This document shows positions 37,803 through 45,484 of a DNA stretch of 64,000 nucleotides, in pieces; positions within the stretch are counted from its first letter, which is position 1; the number at the start of each line of letters is the position of its first letter. Both the position numbers and the translations under genes were made by a program. Below the pieces are notes generated by a model that saw nothing but the letters and a program-made list of their open reading frames with translations, ran no database searches and was not told the origin of the DNA. The stretch is taken from the NCBI GenBank assembly GCA_035530555.1, contig DATKUR010000003.1:19184-83183 (forward strand), in the 5' to 3' direction. This DNA comes from Candidatus Humimicrobiaceae bacterium. Lineage in GTDB: Bacteria; Patescibacteriota; Minisyncoccia; Minisyncoccales; DG-74-1.

Positions 37803-38669
37803 TTAACGCCGTAGGGCGTAAGTATTTCCTTCTAGATTTCTTATTTTCCCTTTTATTTCTAAGATGACTAGACAGCTAATCGTTTTAGCCGCCGATAATT
37901 TTGTTTTCTCAATAATTTCGTCAATCTCCAAAACTTCTTCTTTCAGGACGTTTAAGATTAAATTTTCTTCTTTGGCGACTTCTCCTGTTATGCCATCGGG
38001 ACGTCTGATTTCGGCTAGATTTAATTCTCTTAGAATGTCGTTGGCGTTTTCAGCTAATTTAGCGCCCTCCTTGATTAAGTAATGACAACCTTTTGAATTT
38101 GAAGAATAAATTGGGCCGGGAATGGCAAAAACTCTTCTTTTGTATTTTTTCGCCCATTCGGCAGTAATCAAAGCTCCTGATTTTGCTTTAGCTTCGATTA
38201 CTAAGACCCCCAGAGACATGCCAGCAACTATTCTATTTCTTTGAGGGAAAGTAAATTGAGTACCGCGAGTTCCCGGTGGGTATTCAGAAATGAGACAACC
38301 GCCTGTTTCAATAATTTTTTTAGCCAATTTCAAATTTGATTGAGGATAGATTGATTCTTCATCAAGCCCGGTACCTAAAACGGCGACTGTTCTTTTGTTT
38401 CTTTCTACGACTGCTTGGTGGGCAAATGTGTCGATTCCTGGAGCTAACCCTGAAACAATAGTTAAGCCGGCATCTGTTAAGTCTCCGGCGATTTCTAAAA
38501 CCACCTGTTTCCCGTAAGGAGAAGATATTCTCGTTCCAACGATAGCAAAGCAGCTTTCTTCTGGCAGAATTCCTCCTTTATAATAAAGAACCTCCGGCGC
38601 ATTCTTAATTTCTCTCAAGAGTTTCGGATAATTTTTATCCTGAACAGAAATTTCTTTTATCTCATTCAT
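37803..38669 (-). CDS. dprA: DNA-processing protein DprA
   Basis: AIVGTR, IVSGLAPGID..AH, FPQRNRIVAG and SGALITA. Confidence 0.95.
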   Translation of the reverse strand: MNEIKEISVQDKNYPKLLREIKNAPEVLYYKGGILPEESCFAIVGTRISSPYGKQVVLEIAGDLTDAGLTIVSGLAPGIDTFAHQAVVERNKRTVAVLGTGLDEESIYPQSNLKLAKKIIETGGCLISEYPPGTRGTQFTFPQRNRIVAGMSLGVLVIEAKAKSGALITAEWAKKYKRRVFAIPGPIYSSNSKGCHYLIKEGAKLAENANDILRELNLAEIRRPDGITGEVAKEENLILNVLKEEVLEIDEIIEKTKLSAAKTISCLVILEIKGKIRNLEGNTYALRR

Positions 38670-38791
38670 AATTATTCAACTATACCACTAATTTTTAAAA
38701 AATTGAAAAGGTTGACTTTTTTGGTTAATTATTTTATTTTCTAACTGGAGGGATTTGTTCTCTCTAAAACTGAATAAAGGAGGAGAAAAAG

Positions 38792-38974
38792 ATGAAATGG
38801 GGGTATAAGATAATAAGAAGCGAAGAAATTGATTTTCAGGTGGACCTGGATAAGGAAAAACTAGAAAAATTTCTCAATCAATTAGGGAAAAAAGGTTGGG
38901 AATTAATTTCTATCAGGGGCGGTACCACAAATGAACCTGTGGTTGAATATATGTTTAAAAAACAGAAAGGTTGA
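38792..38974 (+). CDS. DUF4177-like small protein
   Basis: MKWGYK...LNQLGKKGWELI...FKK. Strong SD AAGGAGG and its own promoter-like region. Confidence 0.8.
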   Translation: MKWGYKIIRSEEIDFQVDLDKEKLEKFLNQLGKKGWELISIRGGTTNEPVVEYMFKKQKG

Positions 38975-39010
38975 GTATTTTTGAAGCGGAAATAGGGGGG
39001 CGTGCATATT

Positions 39011-40999
39011 TTAAGTGCACGTCCTCTTTATTTTTTCAATTGTTTCACTTAGTATTTGACAATACAAATTTAACCCCACCTTGTTTATATTTCCGGATTG
39101 TTCCTTGCCTAAAATATTGCCAGCTCCCCTGATTTCTAAATCTTTTAAAGCAATTTTATAGCCGGAGCCAAGTTCCTCGGCTTCTTTTAAGGCATCCAGC
39201 CGCATTTTAGCCTTTTCAGACAAATGGCTTCCGTACAAAAAATAGGCAAGAGCTTGAATATGGCTTCTACCAATTCTCCCTCTGATTTGGTAAGCTTCAG
39301 CTAAACCCAAACGAGCGCTATCAGCTACGATTAAGGTATTAACATTTGGCAAATCCAAGCCATTTTCAATAATAGTAGTGGCGATTAAAACGTCTATTTG
39401 TTTGTTCTGAAAACCTGTCATTGTTTTTATTAATTCTCTTTCTTTTAGTCTTCCATGGACAATACCAAACCTAGCTGTAGGGACTAAGTTCTCTAAGAAA
39501 TTCTTTACCGCCTTAATTGTTTCTACTCGATTATGTAAATAATATACTTGCCCTTTTCTTTTTAATTCAGTTTCAATTGCTTCTTTAATTATTTTTTCAG
39601 AAAAAGGCAGAATAAAAGTTTTAACCGGCAATCTTCCGGCTGGCGGAGTTTGAATTAGGCTAATATTTTTTAAAGAGGAGAGAGCTAAGTAAAGAGTTCT
39701 TGGAATAGGCGTGGCCGAAAGCGATAAAACATCAAGGGAGGTCCGTATTTTCTTTAATTTTTCTTTTTGTTTAACGCCAAATCGTTGTTCGTCATCAATA
39801 ATTAATAATCCTAAATTTTTGAATATAACATCGGAAGATAAAATCCGATGAGTACCAATAACAATATCTATTTTTCCCATTTTCAAATCTTCGACTAATC
39901 CTCTTTGCTCCTTTTTCGATTGCAAGCGAGAGAGTAAAGTAATTTTAATTGGGAGGCCCTCTAGTCTTTCTTTAAAATTTTGAAAATGCTGGTTAGCTAA
40001 AATAGTAGTCGGGCAAATCATGGTCACCTGATAACCAGAATTAACGGCTTTGATTATGGTTCTTAAAGCTATTTCAGTTTTTCCAAAACCAACGTCGCCG
40101 CAAACAATTCTATCCATTGGTTCACTTTTTTCTAAATCATTCTTTATATCTTCCATTGTTTGAGTTTGGTCTGGCGTTTCTTCATAAGGGAAGGTACTGG
40201 CTAATTGGCTTTCAATTTCCTTACCTATTTCGTATGGCGGGCGAATGCTCAGTTCTCTCTTGGCGTATATTTCCAGAAGCTCTCTGGCTAATTTTTCCGC
40301 TTCTTTTTTAACCCTTCTTTTAGTTTTTTGCCAGATTTGGCTACCTAGCCTTGAGATTTTTGGCTCAACAAAACCGATATACCGAGATAATTTTCTTTCA
40401 AGGCCAAATGGGACATATAATTTATCGCCAGCAGCGTATTTTAATATGTAATAATTCATATCTGTGCCATTATAAATTCCGACGCCATGGTCCAAATGAA
40501 CTAAATAATCTCCTGCTCTCAATCCTTTCAGGTCAGAAAATAATTTTTGGGACTTCGATTTCTTTTTTAAAAATTCTTTGGCTTTTTCTATGTTTTCTAT
40601 TTTTATATCAAGTAATTCAATGTTTTCGATTTTGTTTCCAAAAAATTCAAAACGAACAGCCGAATTCAGGCCTGCCCCGTAGTGAGACGAATTTTCTACT
40701 ACGGGGTTAACCGGGAAAACGTCGATAATTCCTCCTCGCTGGGAAAATTCTCCGGGTTCTGAAACCTGCCAAACTTTCTCGTATCCCATTTCATCCAGTT
40801 TTCTTGAAAGCTGAGAAAGGTTGTAATTTTGATCTTTGGTTAAATAGATAGTGTTATCTGCGAAAAAGGATTGAGCTTTAGGAGCCTCCAAAATCTTATT
40901 TAAATTTTGGCGGAACCAAAAATTCCCCTTTTCCAAAAAGTAGGGGGTGACACTAACTATCAGCGCGTTACTCAGTTCGCCATCCCTTGACAATTTCAT
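39011..40999 (-). CDS. mfd: Reduced transcription-repair coupling factor
   Basis: PGEFSQRGGIIDVF, VHLDHGVG, CGDVGFGKTE, DDEQRFGV, SATPIPRTL and DLEIRGAGNILG. Confidence 0.9.
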   Translation of the reverse strand: MKLSRDGELSNALIVSVTPYFLEKGNFWFRQNLNKILEAPKAQSFFADNTIYLTKDQNYNLSQLSRKLDEMGYEKVWQVSEPGEFSQRGGIIDVFPVNPVVENSSHYGAGLNSAVRFEFFGNKIENIELLDIKIENIEKAKEFLKKKSKSQKLFSDLKGLRAGDYLVHLDHGVGIYNGTDMNYYILKYAAGDKLYVPFGLERKLSRYIGFVEPKISRLGSQIWQKTKRRVKKEAEKLARELLEIYAKRELSIRPPYEIGKEIESQLASTFPYEETPDQTQTMEDIKNDLEKSEPMDRIVCGDVGFGKTEIALRTIIKAVNSGYQVTMICPTTILANQHFQNFKERLEGLPIKITLLSRLQSKKEQRGLVEDLKMGKIDIVIGTHRILSSDVIFKNLGLLIIDDEQRFGVKQKEKLKKIRTSLDVLSLSATPIPRTLYLALSSLKNISLIQTPPAGRLPVKTFILPFSEKIIKEAIETELKRKGQVYYLHNRVETIKAVKNFLENLVPTARFGIVHGRLKERELIKTMTGFQNKQIDVLIATTIIENGLDLPNVNTLIVADSARLGLAEAYQIRGRIGRSHIQALAYFLYGSHLSEKAKMRLDALKEAEELGSGYKIALKDLEIRGAGNILGKEQSGNINKVGLNLYCQILSETIEKIKRTCT

Positions 41000-41015
41000 T
41001 TATATTGTATATAAT
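40987..41015 (+). promoter_or_regulatory. Consensus sigma70 promoter
   Basis: TTGACA (40987-92), 17 bp, TATAAT (41010-15). Confidence 0.85.
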
Positions 41016-41054
41016 AAAATATTCTGGAAGATACAGGAATGATTTTAAAAGAAA

Positions 41055-41222
41055 TTGCCTTCCGGCTTGCCTGCGAGGAGCTGCCTCCGTTTAGATAAAT
41101 TTTTTTATCTAAATCGGTGAAGGAATAGGAATCCCTCCTTAACCTATTGTAGCTCAAAATCTTAGAGTTTTCTACGTTTTCGTAGCAGAACCCTAAGGGC
41201 TTGCAGGCAGACCAGAGGGCAA
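41055..41222 (+). ncRNA. Predicted multibranch structured RNA leader of unknown family
   Basis: A 23-nt closing stem (41055-77 with 41200-22) encloses four further helices. One loop carries CCTCCTT. Confidence 0.65.
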
Positions 41223-41242
41223 AATAAAAAAGGAGGAAAACA

Positions 41243-41365
41243 TTGCTTAATTTCTTGGAAACATTCTGGACGATAGTCTACTGGATTTTGATTATTTTTT
41301 CCCTTTCTTTTCTTTTGGCAATTCTAGAGCTCGAGTCTGAGCGACAAAGGCGCAGGAAAGAATAG
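41243..41365 (+). CDS. Small single-TM peptide, 40 aa (not in the ORF track)
   Basis: AAGGAGG at 41230-36, TTG start, MLNFLETFWTIVYWILIIFSLSFLLAILELESERQRRRKE. Confidence 0.65.
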   Translation: MLNFLETFWTIVYWILIIFSLSFLLAILELESERQRRRKE

Positions 41366-41423
41366 GAAGAATATCAAGAATCATGGCGGCGTCGTCACCA
41401 TCACAACGATCCACCTTCCTAAG

Positions 41424-41450
41424 CCCAGCGTTGCCGTCGGTAGCGCTGGG
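41424..41450. terminator. Hairpin between the small peptide gene and convergent pth
   Basis: CCCAGCGTTGCC-GTC-GGTAGCGCTGGG. Confidence 0.6.
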
Positions 41451-41455
41451 ATTCC

Positions 41456-41962
41456 TTATTTATTGAACTTATTCATTGTTATTTCCAGGTCTTCTTTTAA
41501 ACAACACTTGATCGCCTCGGTGGTTTTTTTTATTATTTCTTTGATAATCTTTTCTTCTTCTTTATGAAATTTTTGAAGAACGAATTTTTCCGGATTTTTG
41601 GGTTTGCCGGTTTTAGGACAAACCCCAATTCTGAATCTAATAAAATTTTTTGTTTTCAGCTTTTCGATTATTGACTCGACTCCTTTGTGACCGGCCGCTC
41701 CCCGATTTTTAACAATACGAATTTTCCCTATTGGCAGATCGATATCATCGTGAATAACGATTAAGTTATCAGGCTTTAAGCGATAAGCTCTTAATAAATT
41801 TTTAACTGCTTTGCCAGATTCGTTCATAAAATTTGTTGGCTTCGCTAAGACAACATTTTCTAAACTTAAAAACTCCAGCTCATTAATTGCTCTTGAGCCA
41901 GCGTTGTGACGAGTTTTTTGGTATTTTTTCCCGGGATTACCGAGACCAATAATCAACTTCAT
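41456..41962 (-). CDS. pth: Peptidyl-tRNA hydrolase
   Basis: GLGNPG..Y..TRHNAG, KPTNFMNESG, HDDIDL and GHKGVES. Confidence 0.96.
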   Translation of the reverse strand: MKLIIGLGNPGKKYQKTRHNAGSRAINELEFLSLENVVLAKPTNFMNESGKAVKNLLRAYRLKPDNLIVIHDDIDLPIGKIRIVKNRGAAGHKGVESIIEKLKTKNFIRFRIGVCPKTGKPKNPEKFVLQKFHKEEEKIIKEIIKKTTEAIKCCLKEDLEITMNKFNK

Positions 41963-42013
41963 TAGAACATTATAACTTGATTTTAAAAAGATAAATAGTA
42001 TAATGATTAAAGC

Positions 42014-42559
42014 GTGAAAAACTTCTTATCCTTTATCTGGGAAATCGCCAAAATTGTCATTATAGCCTTGATTATAGTGGTGCCTATCAGAACTTTTTTG
42101 TTTCAGCCGTTTTTTGTTCGGGGCGAGTCAATGATACCCGCTTTTGAAAATGGCGACTATTTGATTATTGACGAGATTTCTTATAGGTTTCAGGATCCCC
42201 AAAGAGGAGAGGTGATAGTTTTTAGATATCCTCATGATCCTTCCCAGAGATATATTAAAAGAATTATTGGTCTTCCCGGAGAGACAGTGGAAGTTAAAGA
42301 GGGCAGAGTAGCGATTTCTAACCAAGAAGAATTCTTTGTTTTAGACGAGTCAGGTTATCTTCCGTCAGACGTTTCTACCCCGGGCGAAATGCTAATTTCC
42401 TTGGCTGAAGATGAGTATTTTGTTTTAGGAGATAATAGGCGCGCCTCGGCCGACTCCAGGCGTTGGGGGTCCTTAAGCAGAGAAAATATCATTGGCACAG
42501 TTTTACTGAGGGCTTGGCCTTTTACGGCCTTGGCTAAAATTGAAGCCCCAGAATATTAA
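42014..42559 (+). CDS. lepB: Signal peptidase I
   Basis: GESMIP, YIKRIIGLPGE and GDNR..SADSR. Confidence 0.95.
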   Translation: MKNFLSFIWEIAKIVIIALIIVVPIRTFLFQPFFVRGESMIPAFENGDYLIIDEISYRFQDPQRGEVIVFRYPHDPSQRYIKRIIGLPGETVEVKEGRVAISNQEEFFVLDESGYLPSDVSTPGEMLISLAEDEYFVLGDNRRASADSRRWGSLSRENIIGTVLLRAWPFTALAKIEAPEY

Positions 42560-42560
42560 A

Positions 42561-43844
42561 ATGGCTAAAAAACCAAAATTTCAGACACCGACCGGGATGC
42601 ATGACATTTTACCTGAAGATCAGAGGTATTTTCAAAAAATTCAGAGCATCTGTGAAGATATTGCCAATTTTTATGGATTTCAAAAGATAGAAACGCCAAT
42701 TCTAGAAGAAGCCGAGCTTTTCTCCCGGGGATTGGGTTTGGCTACTGATGTTGTTCAAAAGCAAATGTTTTCTTTTCGAACTAAAGGAGGAGATTATTTA
42801 ACACTGAGACCCGAGCAGACTGCCTCAATAGCCAGGGCTTATATTGAACAGGGGATGCAAAACCTTCCTCAGCCAGTCAAATTTTGGCATCTCGGCCCCT
42901 TTTTCCGTTATGAACATCCTCAGTCCGGCCGTTTTCGTCAGTTCTGGCAATTTGGCTTTGAAGTCTTAGGCGAAGAAAATTCAGTTCTCGATGCCCAAAT
43001 TATCCAAATTTTTTATAATATTCTGAGAGAACTGAAATTAAAGAATTTAATTATCGAAGTGAATAGTATCGGTGATAGTCAGTGCCGACCCTACTATAAA
43101 AAACTTTTGGCCAGCTATTTTAAGTCACGGGAAGCATCTCTTTGCTTAGATTGTCGGAGGAGGTTGAGAGAAAATCCGTTAAGGATTTTAGACTGCAAGG
43201 AAGAAAAATGCCAGCCAGTCAAGGCTCAGGCTCCTCAGATATTAGATCATCTTTGTGAAAATTGCCACGGACATTTTAGAGAGGTTTTAGAATTTTTGGA
43301 TGAGCTAGAATTACCCTATCATTTAAATCCTTACTTGGTCAGAGGATTGGATTACTACACCAAAACTGTTTTTGAAATAATAGAGGACTCTACAGAGAGT
43401 AGAACTTTAGGCGCTTTGGCTGGCGGAGGAAGATATGATACTTTAGTAAAGATTTTGGGCGGCAAAGAAACGCCAGCTGTTGGGGGAGCAGGCGGGATGG
43501 AGAGAATAATCAACTTGATAAAAACTAAAGCCGTTAGGCTTCCTAAGGAAAGAAAAGTTGAAGTTTTTTTAACTCAATTGGGAGATTTGGCCAAGAGGAA
43601 AAGCTTGAAACTAATTGAGAGCTTTCGGGAAGCCAAGATTTTAGTCGGGGAATCGCTTGGCCGTGATTCTCTTAAGGCTCAGCTGAAAATGGCTGATAGG
43701 GCTGGAGCGAGATATTCCTTAATTTTAGGCCAAAAAGAAGCCCTGGAAGAAACGATTATTATTAAAGATATGGTTAGCGGCAGGCAAGAAACAGTAAAAT
43801 TAGATAAAGTGGTAAGGGAAATAGGTAAAAGATTGAAGAAATAA
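42561..43844 (+). CDS. hisS: Histidine--tRNA ligase
   Basis: GMHDILP, LRPEQTA, FRYEHPQSGRFRQF, LVRGLDYY and GGGRYD. Confidence 0.96.
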   Translation: MAKKPKFQTPTGMHDILPEDQRYFQKIQSICEDIANFYGFQKIETPILEEAELFSRGLGLATDVVQKQMFSFRTKGGDYLTLRPEQTASIARAYIEQGMQNLPQPVKFWHLGPFFRYEHPQSGRFRQFWQFGFEVLGEENSVLDAQIIQIFYNILRELKLKNLIIEVNSIGDSQCRPYYKKLLASYFKSREASLCLDCRRRLRENPLRILDCKEEKCQPVKAQAPQILDHLCENCHGHFREVLEFLDELELPYHLNPYLVRGLDYYTKTVFEIIEDSTESRTLGALAGGGRYDTLVKILGGKETPAVGGAGGMERIINLIKTKAVRLPKERKVEVFLTQLGDLAKRKSLKLIESFREAKILVGESLGRDSLKAQLKMADRAGARYSLILGQKEALEETIIIKDMVSGRQETVKLDKVVREIGKRLKK

Positions 43845-43944
43845 TGTTCGAAGAAGCTGCCGTTCCTTCTCTCGCTGAGGCTTAGGCAAAGTACGAGATA
43901 AGGTAATATCTTCAGCGAGCGCCTCGTTGCGAGGCAACCCGGCT
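43845..43944 (-). repeat. Family A palindromic element filling the hisS-HIT gap
   Basis: The reverse strand reads AGCCGGGTTGCCTCGCAACGAGGC...GCGAGAGAAGGAACGGCAGCTTCTTCGAACA, with ends similar to 45391-45450. Confidence 0.65.
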
Positions 43945-43945
43945 T

Positions 43946-44281
43946 ATGAAATGTATTTTTTGTAAAATTATCAACAAAGAAGTACCGTCAGAGATCGTTT
44001 ATCAAGACGAGAAAATTTTGGCCTTTAAAGACGCTGAACCAAAGGCACCTGTCCACATTTTAATTATTCCCAAGAAACATATTTCCTCGGTAGATTGCTT
44101 AAAAAAGAAGGACAGAGAGTTAATAGGAGAATTATATTTAGTTGCTCGAAGACTGGCCAGTGAATATAAAATTAGCGGAACTGGCTATCGACTGATTTTC
44201 AATGTCGGCAAAGATGCCGGTCAAACCGTCGACCATTTACACCTGCACTTGTTAGGTGGTAAGAAATTACTATGGGCATAG
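43946..44281 (+). CDS. hinT: HIT family nucleotide-binding protein
   Basis: CIFCKI and AGQTVDHLHLHLLGG. Confidence 0.93.
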   Translation: MKCIFCKIINKEVPSEIVYQDEKILAFKDAEPKAPVHILIIPKKHISSVDCLKKKDRELIGELYLVARRLASEYKISGTGYRLIFNVGKDAGQTVDHLHLHLLGGKKLLWA

Positions 44282-44493
44282 AAGTTAAAAAACAAGAGAG
44301 GGAAAGCTCCCAAAATTTAATTCGCCGTTTCACTAGAAGTATTCAACGAAGCGGGATTTTGCTTCGGGCGAGAAAAACACAGTTCAAAAAAAGGGAAAAG
44401 TCTGAACAGATGAAGAAAAGAGCCGCCCTGAGAAGAGAAGAAAAGAAGAAAGAGTATGAGGAATTGAAAAAACTAGGCAAGACAGATCGATGA
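44272..44493 (+). CDS. rpsU: 30S ribosomal protein bS21-like
   Basis: Basic 73-aa ORF, EVKK..RES...LIRRF.R...RSGIL...RK. The HIT-rpsU-yqeY-ybeY order supports the call. Confidence 0.75.
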   Translation: MGIEVKKQERESSQNLIRRFTRSIQRSGILLRARKTQFKKREKSEQMKKRAALRREEKKKEYEELKKLGKTDR

Positions 44494-44558
44494 AATTTGC
44501 CTCCTTCGGAGCTTGCCTTCATTTCCCACTCTTCGCTTCGCTCGAGTGAATAATTAAA

Positions 44559-44882
44559 ATGTTAAAGGAAAAAATCCAAGATGATTTAAGATTAGCCTTG
44601 AAGGAAAAAAGAGAAATTAGGCTCTCGGTTTTAAGAATGCTTTTGGCGGCAATTTCCAATAGAGAGATTGACAAAAGAACCAGGATTTGGAAAGAAAAAC
44701 CGGAGTTATCGACTGAAGAATTGAAAAAAGAGAGCCAGCTGACCGATGAAGAGATAACCAAGGTTGTTTCTTCGGAAATCAAGAAAAGAAAGGAGGCATT
44801 ATCATTGTTTGAGAAGGGTAATAGAGAAGACTTGATAAAAAAAGAAAAAGCAGAAATGGAAGTTTTAGAAGAATATTTATGA
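44559..44882 (+). CDS. GatB/YqeY domain protein, C-terminally short
   Basis: LKEKIQDDL..ALK, LSVLRML.AAI.N.EI and EIKKRKEA...F..GNREDL...EKAE..VL..YL. Confidence 0.85.
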   Translation: MLKEKIQDDLRLALKEKREIRLSVLRMLLAAISNREIDKRTRIWKEKPELSTEELKKESQLTDEEITKVVSSEIKKRKEALSLFEKGNREDLIKKEKAEMEVLEEYL

Positions 44883-45382
44883 TGAAAAATCTGCGTCCTT
44901 TTCTCGCTGACTGTTGTAATAGTAAGTTAAAACGGAAAAATAAAAAGAATGCCCCCTTATCTACTTCGGTTAAAGGCCCAGCGATCGAGATCAATAATCT
45001 AACTGCTATCAGGGTCAAAGAAGAGTTTTTAAGGAAAATTGTTAAAATTGTTTTTAAAAAAGAAAAACAAAAAGAGAAAAAATTGTCAATTGCCTTGGTT
45101 GGACAAAAAAAGATAAGAGAGTTAAATAAAAAGTATCGGAGGGAAAACCGGGCAACCGACGTTTTGGCCTTTTCGGGAAATGGTTTAGAAGAAATAGTGC
45201 TGTGCCCTTGGAAAGTTGAGAGAAACGCCGAAAGATTTGAATCTACTTTTAAAAAAGAATTAACCCGAGTTTTGATCCATGGGATTTTGCATCTTTTAGG
45301 ATACGACCATGAGAAAAATATTACAGGGGCGAAGAAAATGAGTAAGAAAGAAAAATATTACCTATCTCATTTAAAATTTTAA
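44879..45382 (+). CDS. ybeY: rRNA maturation endoribonuclease YbeY with an N-terminal insertion
   Basis: LNKKYR...TDVLAF and HGILHLLGYDH. Confidence 0.92.
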   Translation: MMKNLRPFLADCCNSKLKRKNKKNAPLSTSVKGPAIEINNLTAIRVKEEFLRKIVKIVFKKEKQKEKKLSIALVGQKKIRELNKKYRRENRATDVLAFSGNGLEEIVLCPWKVERNAERFESTFKKELTRVLIHGILHLLGYDHEKNITGAKKMSKKEKYYLSHLKF

Positions 45383-45390
45383 AATTCAAA

Positions 45391-45450
45391 AGCCGAGCTT
45401 TCGAAAGAAGCAGAGGCTAGAGAAGAAGGCGAAGCCATCTTCGAAAATCA
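45391..45450 (+). repeat. Family A palindromic element, intergenic
   Basis: AGCCGAGCTTTCGAAAGAAGCAGAGGCTAGAGAAGAAGGCGAAGCCATCTTCGAAAATCA. Confidence 0.75.
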
Positions 45451-45484
45451 TTCTTAAATTTATTATTTAAAATTTGAAATTATT

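Noticed and set aside
41055-41222. 6S RNA, SRP RNA or RNase P RNA
   Set aside because: The fold is multibranch rather than a rod with a central bubble, and I saw no SRP or RNase P signature motifs. An Rfam search is still needed.
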